A stretch of DNA of 64,000 bases from Candidatus Saccharicenans sp. Its GTDB lineage: Bacteria; Acidobacteriota; Aminicenantia; Aminicenantales; Saccharicenantaceae. Below are positions 47,884 through 57,951 of the stretch, in pieces (the first letter of the stretch is position 1; the number at the start of each line of letters is the position of its first letter). A model generated the notes under the pieces. That model made no database searches. It was not told where the DNA came from and was given only the letters and a program-made list of their open reading frames with translations. Location of the stretch: NCBI GenBank assembly GCA_030017715.1, contig JASEIU010000001.1, positions 1,520 to 65,519 on the forward strand. Reading direction: 5' to 3'. A program made the position numbers and the translations under genes.

Positions 47884-48336
47884 TTAAAGCCTTTCTGTCG
47901 AGAGCAAGCGCGCTCTTGCCAGGTTCATTGTATCCGGAGCATATATCTCGTCATTTGGGCGTGCTCTTCCTCCTTTCAACCAATATTTTTAACGAGATTT
48001 TTACTGGAGAAAGCTCGGTTTTTTCAGGCGAAAGTTTGATTGACCTCAGGGCTTCCTCCATGCTCGTCCCGACCGCCGCTTCACCACCACGCTGCTTCCG
48101 GATATTCCCCTTAGACTTGAGCCCATGTCTCAACCCAGGAGAATGATTGAGGTTGACCGCCGGGGAGTCTTTCGATTAAGATATCTAAGGTGAAGGGCCG
48201 CCAATAGGCAAAAGAGCGATTTTGATCGCAACCATTTAATAACAGAATATTTACGTATGGCAAGAAGGGATATGACAGGTTGGGCAAAGGCCCTGTTTTC
48301 ACCAGAAAAGCAAATTTTCCGAAATAGGAGATTAGC

Positions 48337-48861
48337 ATGAAAAATATTTTCGTGGGTTTAACCTGCCTGGTTTTCTTGTTTCTCCTGCTTCCGGGCAGCC
48401 TCATTGCCCAGGAAGAAAATCCGAAGACAGGAGACAAAAAATTTGATGCCTATCTCAAAAGAATGAACGAAGAAGCTAAGGGAGATCCTGAGGGTTTTAT
48501 CCGTCGGCTCAGCGAAAGACACAATGTGGCCGAACAGGAAATTCGGGAGGCCAGGGAAAAGCACGGGCTGGACTTCGGCGAAACCTACATGGCCACCGTC
48601 CTGGCCAGGAGGACCAATCAGAGAGTGATCGCAATAGCGGAGCAATACCAGCAGAATAAAGGGCAGGGCTGGGGAGTCATGGCCCAGAGAATGGGCATCA
48701 AACCCGGTTCCCCGGAATTTAAGCAGATGAAGGCGGAAGCCAAGAGTCACGCTGATCACTTAAGAAACATGAATAAGATGAAGAAGAAAGAGATGGAAAG
48801 GGAAAGAGAAAGGGAAAAAATTAAACAAAAAGCTGCACCGGCGAAGGGTAAAAAGAGATAA
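48337..48861 (+). CDS. Secreted hypothetical protein
   Basis: Signal peptide; AGGAG RBS; GQGWGVMAQRMGIKPGSPEF motif; charged tail. Confidence 0.8.
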   Translation: MKNIFVGLTCLVFLFLLLPGSLIAQEENPKTGDKKFDAYLKRMNEEAKGDPEGFIRRLSERHNVAEQEIREAREKHGLDFGETYMATVLARRTNQRVIAIAEQYQQNKGQGWGVMAQRMGIKPGSPEFKQMKAEAKSHADHLRNMNKMKKKEMEREREREKIKQKAAPAKGKKR

Positions 48862-49005
48862 CTCCTCCCGCTTTAAGCAACTTAAAAGACCGTTTGCTCC
48901 GGGAGCTCAAGCTGAGAGTATATTTCCGCCCGAATAGAAAACCACGCCTGGAACCGACCGCCCGTTAAGTTATCAGCCCTTGCTGAACTGGAAAAAAGGG
49001 GTAGA

Positions 49006-49170
49006 CTATTTTTTCTTTCTTGCTTTCGCGGTGACTTCGGCCTTGCTCTTTTCCCTCATATCGGCCGCATGAGCCCGCTTGTAGGTTTGAATGTCCACAA
49101 AACGACCTCTGGCGTCGCGCACCGCGTAGAGTTTGGTGCCCTTAACACTGCGATGAGTTGTTCTTTTCAT
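49006..49170 (-). CDS. Small basic protein (54 aa), below the ORF-track cutoff
   Basis: MKRTTHRSVKGTKLYAVRDARGRFVDIQTYKRAHAADMREKSKAEVTAKARKKK; GAGGAGG RBS; upstream TTGACA-N18-TATTCT (49401-49372). Confidence 0.8.
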   Translation of the reverse strand: MKRTTHRSVKGTKLYAVRDARGRFVDIQTYKRAHAADMREKSKAEVTAKARKKK

Positions 49171-49602
49171 AGCTGTATTTCCTCCTCTTAAAATTATTTC
49201 TTGCCAACCGCGTCAGATAATTGTTTTTCGGGGATATGGATGCGCGGCCGGAGGCCGGTCCGAGTTTCCTGAAGTAAAAATCCTCCCTTCAAATGGACAA
49301 GTAGAGAAAGCAGCCTTTTTAAGAATACTTACCCCCTTACTTTTTATGTTCCACCCTTCCTTTCTATTTTTAGAATATGATTTTACTTTCAGGTCTGTCA
49401 AGAGAATAATTCGGCAGTAAGAAATAATTCAGAAATGATTCAGAGTCCCACCTTAAGCTTAATCCAATTATTGGTGATTTAGAGTTGATTTCTATATGTT
49501 CGTAAATTTATGAATGACCAGCCTGGAGTATCATCATCAGAATGCCGTCTTCAGACTTTTGGCCCACCGATATCCTACTAACTTAGTAGGAATTATCTTA
49601 AA

Positions 49603-52029
49603 TCAGTCAGGTCTGAAGCCCGGCTCCCGGACTCCGGAATCCAGATGCCAGTAAGGCAGCCAGAGAAGTCCCGACCAGCGGACGGCCATATCTTTTTTCT
49701 TTGGCCGGATAGCTATAATCTGAAACTGCTCTCGTTCCGGGTCATAGAGACTGGCTATGCTGTCCGCTTCTCTCTGGAGTTCTCGTTCCATCTCCTCCAG
49801 CCTGGATCTGGCCAGCTCCACCTGTTCCTGGGCTCTTTTTATGTCCATTTTTTCATAATAAGCCCGGCTGGCGCTTCGGGCAGTGGTGGTAGCCCTGCCA
49901 ATTTGATAGGATTTGCGGCCCAGAATGGTTCCGAAAATGGTAGCGGCTGTGGAGATGGCGCTCTGGGCCACTTTTTCTTTGTACTGCTCCTGTTCTCTCT
50001 GAAGCCGCTGCTGGGCGGTCAGGTACTGCTTTTCGAGAGAAGCGATTCTAACGGCGTACTTCCTTCTGAGCTTTTCGACAGCCTCATCGCGTTTTTCTCT
50101 GGCCAGCTGTCCGAGCCTGATCCTGAAATCACGCTCCGACTCTTCTGGTTGGGAGATTGCCTGAAAAGCGGCGCTTTTCATGAGGGTAAGTTGATAACTC
50201 CTGACCAGATAATCAAGGTAATCATTTTCGGCAGATTTTAAGAGCGAAAGGGCCCGGGATGGGAGAGAAAAGTAACTGGCTGCCGGCCTCGGTTGCTTCT
50301 CCAGCGATTCCAGCTTCAGGGATAACGGGATGGATTTATCCCAGAGCAGGCCAATAACCTCGTCTGTTATCTCCAGGTAATTGAAAACTTCAGAAACCTG
50401 AGAAATTCCGAGACGGTTATCGAACAGAGCCACCTGGACCGACACAGCTATGGCCGGATGGTAAACAAGCCTGGCCGGCGACGAAGTCTGGGTTGCGAGC
50501 GGCAGGAAAAGTTCGCTTATTCCAGGAGGCAGGGAGGGCTTGAGGCCGCTGATGGCGGCGGTGGCGCTTATTGAAGGCCTGCTTTCCTGCGGCCCGGGTG
50601 CAGACTCGTAAGAGGGCCCCGGTTTTTTTCTGGCCTTCATCACTTCCGTTATCTGCTGCCTGGTCATAGGTCCGCGCAGATAGGAAAGAGTCCATCTGGT
50701 GTGCAGCAGAACCGGCCGGTCCTCATGAACGTTGTGCATGAGGAATATTCTTTTTTTAAGGCTGCTGATCTGGTTGGAGACCGTCTTCAGGTCGATATTT
50801 CCGGCCACGCTGGCCAGGCCTTCCAGCAGCCGGTCTTTATCCCGTTCTGTTTGCAATCGGCCAATGAACCAGGTTCCGGTGTTGGCCAGGCCTTTGTAAT
50901 CCAGGTCAACAGGGTTCTGGGTAGTAAGAACCAGACCGAGCCCGAAGGCTCTGGCCTGTTTCAGCAGCGTCAGCAGGGGTCTTTTTGACGGCGGCTCGCT
51001 GATCGGCGGGAAAAAGCCGAAAATCTCATCCATGTAAAAAATCGCCCGGAGGGAAGAAGTTCCCGATTGTTGCCGGACCCAGCCGAGAAGCTGGTTGAGC
51101 AGAATGGTAACAAAAAACATCCGCTGGGCATCGGACAGGTGAGCGATGGAGATGATACTGTGCCTTGGTTTGCCCGCGGGAGTATAAAGGAGCGAGTCAA
51201 TGTCCAGAGGATCTCCGCTCAGCCATTGATCAAACCCGGGCGCCGCCAGAAGATTGTTGAGCATCATGGCCAGCTTGAATCGTTCCTGAGCCGGGTAAAA
51301 GGAGTCCAGCTCAAAAACTCCTATTCGTCTTAAAGGCGGATTCTGGATCTGTTGAATCAGGGAAGCCAGGTCCAGTCCTTTCCCGGCAGTCCAGGCGGCC
51401 TGCAGCAGATTGGAAATAAGGATATGTTCCCGGCTCTGGAGAGGGTCAGCCTGAAGGCCCAGAAGACCGAGAAGCCCGGAAACCGTGGTTGATATTTTTT
51501 CAGCCAGGAGCTCGGGGTCTTCCATTATGGCCGGCGGCGGAGCGTCGAACGATTTCAGTATGGAAAGAGGCCAGCCGGCGTTGCTGCCAGGAGTGTAGAT
51601 GCTGAGGTCCACAGTATGTTGAAGTTTCTGGAGGCGCGAGGGGTCCTGGTCCCAGTCGGCCAGGCCCTTTTTCCACAGCTCGGCTTGCTGGCGGGCATAA
51701 TCGTCAGGGGAAAGGCCTTTCTGGGCGGCTTCGTTCTCGTCAACCCAGGGTCGGAAGTCTTCAGGCCGCAACCCGGGAAACAGAAGCATCAGATTGCCGA
51801 GGTCTCCTTTGGGGTCAACGATGATGGCCGGAATGCCGTCTATTGCGGATTCTTCCAGCAGACCGACGCCCAGGCCGGTCTTGCCGCTGCCAGTCATACC
51901 GACACAGACGGCGTGGGTGACCAGGTCTTTGGAATCGTAGAGTATATAGTCAGGGGTTATCGATAACGTTTGAGGGTCAACGGCTTTTCCCAAATAAAAC
52001 AGACCCAATTTTTCATATACGGGGTTCAT
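49603..52029 (-). CDS. HerA/FtsK-like P-loop ATPase (DUF87-like) with C-terminal coiled coil
   Basis: Walker A GMTGSGKT, IVDPKGD, Walker B FYMDE, ARAFGLGLVLTTQNP; AGGAG RBS before the ATG at 52029. Confidence 0.88.
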   Translation of the reverse strand: MNPVYEKLGLFYLGKAVDPQTLSITPDYILYDSKDLVTHAVCVGMTGSGKTGLGVGLLEESAIDGIPAIIVDPKGDLGNLMLLFPGLRPEDFRPWVDENEAAQKGLSPDDYARQQAELWKKGLADWDQDPSRLQKLQHTVDLSIYTPGSNAGWPLSILKSFDAPPPAIMEDPELLAEKISTTVSGLLGLLGLQADPLQSREHILISNLLQAAWTAGKGLDLASLIQQIQNPPLRRIGVFELDSFYPAQERFKLAMMLNNLLAAPGFDQWLSGDPLDIDSLLYTPAGKPRHSIISIAHLSDAQRMFFVTILLNQLLGWVRQQSGTSSLRAIFYMDEIFGFFPPISEPPSKRPLLTLLKQARAFGLGLVLTTQNPVDLDYKGLANTGTWFIGRLQTERDKDRLLEGLASVAGNIDLKTVSNQISSLKKRIFLMHNVHEDRPVLLHTRWTLSYLRGPMTRQQITEVMKARKKPGPSYESAPGPQESRPSISATAAISGLKPSLPPGISELFLPLATQTSSPARLVYHPAIAVSVQVALFDNRLGISQVSEVFNYLEITDEVIGLLWDKSIPLSLKLESLEKQPRPAASYFSLPSRALSLLKSAENDYLDYLVRSYQLTLMKSAAFQAISQPEESERDFRIRLGQLAREKRDEAVEKLRRKYAVRIASLEKQYLTAQQRLQREQEQYKEKVAQSAISTAATIFGTILGRKSYQIGRATTTARSASRAYYEKMDIKRAQEQVELARSRLEEMERELQREADSIASLYDPEREQFQIIAIRPKKKDMAVRWSGLLWLPYWHLDSGVREPGFRPD

Positions 52030-53845
52030 TTGAAAACTCCTTTTTTTCAAAGACTATTTTGCCTTCGATGATCGTCATAAGCACTTCGGTCTTGAGGATT
52101 TCGGTCGGCGGAATTTTCAGCAGGTTGCGGTCGAAAACCGTGATGTCGGCCAGTTTGCCCTTTTTCAGCGAGCCGCGGCTGTCGGCTTCAAAGGCGGCGT
52201 AAGCGTTGTTGATGGTGTAGGCCTTAAGGCATTCTTCCACTGAAATTTTTTGCTCCGGGAACCAGCCGCCCTCGGGCTGGCCGGTCAGGGTCTGGCGGGT
52301 GACGGCGGCGTAGATTAGATATTTCGGGTGCATGTAATATTCGGCGGCGCTTGTTCCCGGCCAGTCGGAACCGAAGCTCAGGATGGCCCCATTGTCCAGG
52401 AGCGATTTGAAGGCGTAGGCGCCCTTGCATCTTTCATAGCCGATTCTTTCTTCCATCCAGCGCATGTCGTCGGAGATGTGGTAGGGATTAACTTCGGCGA
52501 TAACGTTCAGCGCTCTGAACCGCGGGAAGTCCTGCGGTCGTATTACCTGGGCGTGAATCACCCGGAAGCCGGTGAGGTCGACACCTTCGTTCTTAAGACG
52601 TTCATAGAGGTCGAGCATTTCGGCCACACCGCGGTCTCCGATGGCATGGACGTTCGGGACGAATCCGGCCTCAAAGCCTGTTTTTATCAGGCGGTACATT
52701 TTTTCCATGTTTCCAACTTTGAGTTCCGGGTCGTCGGAGGTGTGATGCCGCCAGTGGCCATAGTTGTCTGGCTGGTCGTTGTATGGTTCAAAGAAGAGGG
52801 CTCCGTGAGTGCCCATGATTCCGTCGATGTAGCCTTTGAGGGCGCCGTAGCGCAGCCAGCCGTCCTTCTGCCGGGTTTTCGGGTGAAGTCCCATGGTGAA
52901 ACCCTGTTCTTTTAATTCAGCGGCCAGCGACAGATCCGGGCGCAACCAGACCCGGCAGGTAAGTTCCCCGTTTTCCTGGAGCTTAACGAAACGCTCAATC
53001 TGAGCCGGAGTGGCGATATCATGGATTTCAACGATGCCGGCTTCTCTGAGCGCCTTGAGGGCAGCCCGGTTTTCGTCCAGCAGGCGTTTTTCGGATTTTG
53101 GCTTGCGGGCTTTCTGCAGGGCATCAAAAGCCGGGGTATTGTGGAAAATTATTCCGGTGGGTTGCCCCTGTTTGTCGAGTTCCATTCCCGGGAGAATTTT
53201 TCGGTCGAGGCCGGCAGCTTTGAGAGCTGCGGTGTTGGCTAACCATTCCTTGTAATCAAAACGGCAGATAAAAACGGGGTTTTCGGGGGTGAGGTCGTCG
53301 ACCATCCGGCGGTGAGGGCGCCAGCGTTCTTTTTTCGCGGATGAGAGAGCTGTGCCCGGGTCTCCCTCAGCCCACTGTTCGTAAGCACCCCAGAGACCTC
53401 CGGTAATCCATTCGTCCTTGTCCAGAAGCTGGACTACCCGGCCGATTTCCCGGCGCAGCCCGTGCTCGTCGGAAACTTTCATCAGATTGGCGTCGTTGAT
53501 CATGGCGCCGGCCTGGTTGAAATGCACGTGGGCGTCGATGATTCCGGGGGTAACGAAGGCTCTTTTCAGGTCGATGACCCTGGTCGCAGGACCGCGGTAG
53601 CGGAGGGCTTTTTTATCGCTGGCGCAGTCGTCTATGATTTTGTTTCCTTTGATCACCAGAGACGAAGCGTGGGGGAGGTCGGGTTCGATCGTGCAGATTT
53701 CTCCGTTGATAAGTATCAGGTCGGCCACTTCTACCGGCTGGCGGGAACAGCAAGTTACGCCAATCAGCATGGCTATAATCAGGATAAAAAACAGAAGAAG
53801 AGAAGATTTGATGACAAGGCGGATTTTTCTCATGGTCAACTCCAT
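52013..53845 (-). CDS. Amidohydrolase-3 (YtcJ-like), second paralog, probable lipoprotein
   Basis: PGIIDAHVH, KGYIDG, HAIGDR, IHAQ, GSDWP, GKLAD; VTC-C lipobox-like. Confidence 0.92.
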   Translation of the reverse strand: MELTMRKIRLVIKSSLLLFFILIIAMLIGVTCCSRQPVEVADLILINGEICTIEPDLPHASSLVIKGNKIIDDCASDKKALRYRGPATRVIDLKRAFVTPGIIDAHVHFNQAGAMINDANLMKVSDEHGLRREIGRVVQLLDKDEWITGGLWGAYEQWAEGDPGTALSSAKKERWRPHRRMVDDLTPENPVFICRFDYKEWLANTAALKAAGLDRKILPGMELDKQGQPTGIIFHNTPAFDALQKARKPKSEKRLLDENRAALKALREAGIVEIHDIATPAQIERFVKLQENGELTCRVWLRPDLSLAAELKEQGFTMGLHPKTRQKDGWLRYGALKGYIDGIMGTHGALFFEPYNDQPDNYGHWRHHTSDDPELKVGNMEKMYRLIKTGFEAGFVPNVHAIGDRGVAEMLDLYERLKNEGVDLTGFRVIHAQVIRPQDFPRFRALNVIAEVNPYHISDDMRWMEERIGYERCKGAYAFKSLLDNGAILSFGSDWPGTSAAEYYMHPKYLIYAAVTRQTLTGQPEGGWFPEQKISVEECLKAYTINNAYAAFEADSRGSLKKGKLADITVFDRNLLKIPPTEILKTEVLMTIIEGKIVFEKKEFSNEPRI

Positions 53846-54069
53846 GGTTGAGTTTTCTTTTGCGTCGAATCTCGGAAAAAGAGAATCAAGAATTATTAAT
53901 ATTGAGATTGCCTCAGAAATGCAACCAAAAATTCTCTCTTTAACCTCCAGAATCCTGACGAATAGGGATGTCCGGCGAAGGCGGAGGGCCGGTCAGCCGG
54001 CTGTCCAGGCCAGCATTTAAAAAAAGCTGAGATAATGTGGAATAAGTGAGGCAGGTTTGAGGGAGAGAG

Positions 54070-54169
54070 GGGGACACTTTAAGATGTCCCCGATTTCGTT
54101 CTAATTTTTCCCCTTGAAAATATGGGCTGGATGCGGGAAAAAGGGGACACCGTCAGGTGTCCCCTGTTT
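54070..54169. repeat. 100-bp direct repeat, copy A (two GGGGACA..TGTCCCC palindromes)
   Basis: 95/100 identical to 55665-55764 by manual alignment. Confidence 0.92.
54138..54164 (-). terminator. Intrinsic terminator-like hairpin downstream of the Zn-hydrolase-like gene
   Basis: Minus strand GGGGACACC-TGAC-GGTGTCCCC-TTTTT. Confidence 0.65.
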
Positions 54170-54187
54170 TACAGGGTCAGTGGAGGA

Positions 54188-55201
54188 TCAGTGGAGCTTC
54201 GATTTGATCAGGGCGGCTGTTGGTCGGGTAGCCATGACGCTGGGCTTTACTTCTTTGACCATGGCTCTTTTCAGCATATCAATGGTGGCTATGATTTCCG
54301 GCAGGTAGTCATTTTCGATAAGTCCTATGGCCGCCTTGAAAGACCCTTCAAGGAGAGCCGTGAGCAGAGGTTCGTCCGGCACTGGCAGTCCTACGGCTGT
54401 CAGATAAGCTACTGCCAGCTCCTTGAATTGTTCAATTACATTTTCCAGAATTATCAATTCGTCCTGCTGCAGCAGCCAGCCGTAAGCGATACAGGATGTG
54501 CGGAATTCATTTTCCGTGACCCGGATGAACATCTCGGCTTCTTCGCGAGTCATCGGAGTCGCGGTTCCCTGAGAAAAATCAGCCAGATCCTTAGCGTAAG
54601 CTCTGACCATCAGGTTCTGCATGTTGGTCTTCGGCCGGGCAGCGATCTGCATGATTTTTGCGCCCAGACTGCGGTCGTAGCGAACGAGGACTATGTCGCC
54701 GGCAGCTTCAATGATGTTATGGCATACTTCAAGAGCGACTGCCGGAAAGTCCTTGAAGAGATTGTAATAATCTGGAGAGACGGTTTTCAGGTACTCATCA
54801 AGCGCTTTTGCCTTGGTGATGACATAACCTTCATCAGGAAGAAGGGTTAGTGAAGCAATGTGAGCAGTCGAGTCCGCACCCCAGAGGTTGTTATGGCTTA
54901 TGAACCCATAGGAGCTTGCCTTTTCGTAGCCGTATTTTACGGCATATTGAATCTTCAGGAAATGGTGGTGCGTCTGGTCATACAGAAAATCACGGTAAAG
55001 AATGTAAGGGGGTGTAAACAGGTAGTTGAAAGCGTCGGGCGCCATCGCTCCGTACATTTCTTCGATGTCATAGGGGCCGCTGGCTTTTTTGAGTTTGTGG
55101 GCGATAAAAGCGTGAGTCCCCCTCTCCCAGGCTGAGGCCAGTCCAGACAGAATGCCCAACACGAGTAAAATGGAAATTACTGACACTAATGCCTTTTTCA
55201 T
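54188..55201 (-). CDS. Secreted protein resembling the Zn-dependent phospholipase C/P1-S1 nuclease superfamily
   Basis: Signal peptide ending ASA, then mature N-terminal W....H (WERGTH), GAMAPD, SH....AD..AH, H..IE; AAGGAGG RBS before the ATG at 55201. Confidence 0.65.
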   Translation of the reverse strand: MKKALVSVISILLVLGILSGLASAWERGTHAFIAHKLKKASGPYDIEEMYGAMAPDAFNYLFTPPYILYRDFLYDQTHHHFLKIQYAVKYGYEKASSYGFISHNNLWGADSTAHIASLTLLPDEGYVITKAKALDEYLKTVSPDYYNLFKDFPAVALEVCHNIIEAAGDIVLVRYDRSLGAKIMQIAARPKTNMQNLMVRAYAKDLADFSQGTATPMTREEAEMFIRVTENEFRTSCIAYGWLLQQDELIILENVIEQFKELAVAYLTAVGLPVPDEPLLTALLEGSFKAAIGLIENDYLPEIIATIDMLKRAMVKEVKPSVMATRPTAALIKSKLH

Positions 55202-55664
55202 GGTTTTTCCTCCTTTGCACAAGGTGGGTTTTTTACCCCCGCTATAAATATATTTATTTTCTTTTAGATATCCTGTCAAGCGCAATTTTCTTTCAGGTTA
55301 AGACATGGTATCCATGGTAAGGGGGGTATATGGAGGCGGCGGGGTGGTTAGCCGGCAGTGGGGGTAGGAGTTGAAGAAGCGAAGGAATTTATCAGACTGG
55401 CCCTTAAAAAACAGGGCTTCCTCCGGCAAAAGTTTTGTCAAAACTTTTAGCCGAAAGAAGGAAGCCCAAACCCAAATGACGAGATATGTATACCCAGGAT
55501 ACTATGAGCTTTGCAATAGCACGCCGCTGTTGGCCAGGAAGGCCATAATCAGGGCCAATGAGTAGGTGGGCAATATCTCTGAGGTGCCCCGGATTTGTGG
55601 GGCGACCTGGAAGACGGTGCGGAAGGTGTTGAGGAAATGGGAGGTCAGGATTAGTCGAAGAAGA

Positions 55665-55764
55665 GGGGACACTTAAAGATGTCCCCGATTTTTATTTAAT
55701 TTTTCCCCTTGAAAATATGGGCTGGATGCGGGAAAAAGGGGACACCGTCAGGTGTCCCCTGTTT
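55665..55764. repeat. 100-bp direct repeat, copy B, overlapping the isomerase stop codon
   Basis: Matches 54070-54169 at an offset of 1595 bp. Confidence 0.92.
55733..55759 (-). terminator. Intrinsic terminator-like hairpin of the ara operon
   Basis: GGGGACACC-TGAC-GGTGTCCCC-TTTTT, 3 nt after the TAA. Confidence 0.7.
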
Positions 55765-57250
55765 AAAAGGGATTTTCGGTGGGGTAAGGCAGGCCTGACG
55801 GCTGGTTGTAATAGATTTCGGACAGGCCTAACATCCGAAGCAGAGCAAAAAGCGTTCTGCCGGCGTACCGGAACCCGACAGCTGTATGATGCGGGAATCT
55901 TTTTTCAATCAGTACATGGCGGTAAAAACGGCCCATTTCTCTTATACCGAAAACGCCGATGCTGCCGAAAGATTGCGGTTCAATGTCCAGAACTTCGCCC
56001 TGGGCGAGGTATGAGCTCAACTTTGCGTTGGCTGTCCCCTGCAGCCGGAAGATGGTTACTTCGCCCGGCCTTATTCTGCCTTCCAGCGTGCCCCGGGTGA
56101 TTTCAGGTTGTTTTCCGGGCTCCATCAGCCGGTGCATGATCAACTGATATTTTAAGGCCGGCGACAGCAGGCAGCAGGAGGCGGTGTTGCCGCAGTGAAA
56201 GCCCATGAAAAGGTCGGTCTGTTTATAGTCCCCGACCTTCTTTTTATTCCTTTCGTACATATCTTCTGGCACGGTGTTGTTTATATCGAGCAGGGTGGCC
56301 GGAAGTTCGGTGGCGCAGGTCAGAAGGTATTCGCTCAGCGCGCCGTAGATATCCACCTCGCAGGCCACCGGAATTCCCCTGGCGGCCAGCCGGGCGTTTA
56401 CAAAGCAGGGGACAAAGCCGAAGTAGCTTTCAAACGCCGGCCAGCATTTGTTGGCGAAAGCTCCGTACTTAGATGCGCCGAGGTTCTTTTCCATGAATTT
56501 GAGCAAGGCCAGTTCGTACTGGGCGAGTTTGTCGAGCAGCTCTGGGTAATTATTGCCGGCTCCAAGTTCCCGGGCCATATCGGCCGCCACCGCTTTAATC
56601 TCGGGCGTTCCGGCCGCTTTCAAAAAAATGTCATACAGGTCAAGCTCGGAGTTTTCCATCACTTCCACGCCCAGGTCGAATAGCGGTTTGATCGGAGCGT
56701 TACAGGCATAAAAATCCTGTGGCCGTGGCCCGAAGCTGAATATCTTCAGGTTCTTTAACCCGAGCCAGGTTCTGGCCACCGGAACGAATTCTTCGACCAT
56801 CCGGGCTACTTGGGGGGCAGGGCCGACGGGATATTCAGGGATATGGACGTTGAACTGCCGCAGTCCGAGGTTGTAAGAAGTATTGAGTAATCCGCAATAG
56901 GCATCTCCGCGTCCGTCGTAAAGGTCGGATGCGGTTTCTTCAGCTGCCGCTGCTACCATCACCGGACCCTGAAATCTCTGAGCTAAAATGGTGGTCGGCC
57001 CTTCAGGTCCAAAATTTCCGAGAAAGACCACCAGCGAATCGATTTCCTTTTTCTTTATTTCATCAAGAGCTTTCAGCACGTCGTTTTCGCTCTCGATGAT
57101 GGTTTCCAGCTCGACTACCGGCAGGTTGAGTTTCTGACATTCGGCCGCTACCGCTATCCTTCTTTTTCTTGAGAGTTCAATCGGAAAACAATCACGGCTG
57201 ACGGCGATAAGTCCGATTTTTACTTCTGGAATGTTTTTGAGGTTCTCCAT
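55763..57250 (-). CDS. L-fucose/L-arabinose isomerase superfamily protein (probable non-canonical L-arabinose isomerase)
   Basis: LGNFGPE, RGDAYCG, KCWP, ACEVD, LLD, FHCG, FPHH; third gene of the araB-araD operon. Confidence 0.85.
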   Translation of the reverse strand: MENLKNIPEVKIGLIAVSRDCFPIELSRKRRIAVAAECQKLNLPVVELETIIESENDVLKALDEIKKKEIDSLVVFLGNFGPEGPTTILAQRFQGPVMVAAAAEETASDLYDGRGDAYCGLLNTSYNLGLRQFNVHIPEYPVGPAPQVARMVEEFVPVARTWLGLKNLKIFSFGPRPQDFYACNAPIKPLFDLGVEVMENSELDLYDIFLKAAGTPEIKAVAADMARELGAGNNYPELLDKLAQYELALLKFMEKNLGASKYGAFANKCWPAFESYFGFVPCFVNARLAARGIPVACEVDIYGALSEYLLTCATELPATLLDINNTVPEDMYERNKKKVGDYKQTDLFMGFHCGNTASCCLLSPALKYQLIMHRLMEPGKQPEITRGTLEGRIRPGEVTIFRLQGTANAKLSSYLAQGEVLDIEPQSFGSIGVFGIREMGRFYRHVLIEKRFPHHTAVGFRYAGRTLFALLRMLGLSEIYYNQPSGLPYPTENPF

Positions 57251-57252
57251 AA

Positions 57253-57951
57253 TTATTTCTCCTTTCTCTGTCCGTAATAGGCCCTGGGCCCGTGTTTTCT
57301 TTCAAAATGCTTTCTGATCAGGTAAGGTTCGAGCTCGGTGGCTCCGGGGTTAATCTGCAAGGTGGTGGCGGCCATTCCGGCTATGGTTTCCAGAAGAATA
57401 AGATTTTCCACCGCTTCCAGCCCGGATTTCCCCCAGGCAAAGGGACCGTGTCCCGAAACCAGACAGGCCGGATAATGTCCCGGGTCGAGTTGCTCAAATC
57501 TTTCGACGATTACCTTTCCGGTGCTGAGCTCATAGTCGGAAGTGACTTCGTTTTCGGTCAGCATCCGGGTTATCGGCACCGGTCCTGGACAGAAATCCGC
57601 CTGGGTGGTCCCAAGGCAGGGAATTTCCAGCCCGGCCTGAGCAAAAGCGGTGGCAAATTGACTGTGAGCATGGGCAATCCCGCCAATCTGAGGGAACTCC
57701 CGGTAGAGATGAAGATGGGTGGCGGTGTCGGAGGAAGGCTGCAGCGTGCCCTCCACCTGACGGCCTTCGAGGTCGAGAACCACCATGTCTTCCGGTTTCA
57801 TCTGATCATAAGCCACCCCGCTGGGCTTGATGGCGATCACTCCGCTTTTTCGGTCGACCTCACTCACATTTCCGAAGGTCAAAATGACCAGTCCGTATTC
57901 GACCAGCTTCAAATTGGCTTCCCAGACCCGTTTTTTAAGGTCTTGATACAT
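57253..57951 (-). CDS. araD: L-ribulose-5-phosphate 4-epimerase
   Basis: TFGNVS, IKPSGV, PSSDT.TH, HAHS, GHGPFAWG, HFERKHG..AYYGQ. Confidence 0.93.
   Translation of the reverse strand: MYQDLKKRVWEANLKLVEYGLVILTFGNVSEVDRKSGVIAIKPSGVAYDQMKPEDMVVLDLEGRQVEGTLQPSSDTATHLHLYREFPQIGGIAHAHSQFATAFAQAGLEIPCLGTTQADFCPGPVPITRMLTENEVTSDYELSTGKVIVERFEQLDPGHYPACLVSGHGPFAWGKSGLEAVENLILLETIAGMAATTLQINPGATELEPYLIRKHFERKHGPRAYYGQRKEK

Noticed and set aside
47951..48133. 60-aa minus-strand ORF
   Set aside because: TTG start, no clear RBS and no recognisable motif.
49603..52029. HerA-based anti-phage system
   Set aside because: No adjacent Sir2, nuclease or other defence gene.
54070..55764. Repeats as a CRISPR array or integron attC sites
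   Set aside because: Only two long units with a gene between them; no spacer periodicity, cas genes or intI; no RYYYAAC/GTTRRRY pair bounding the unit.
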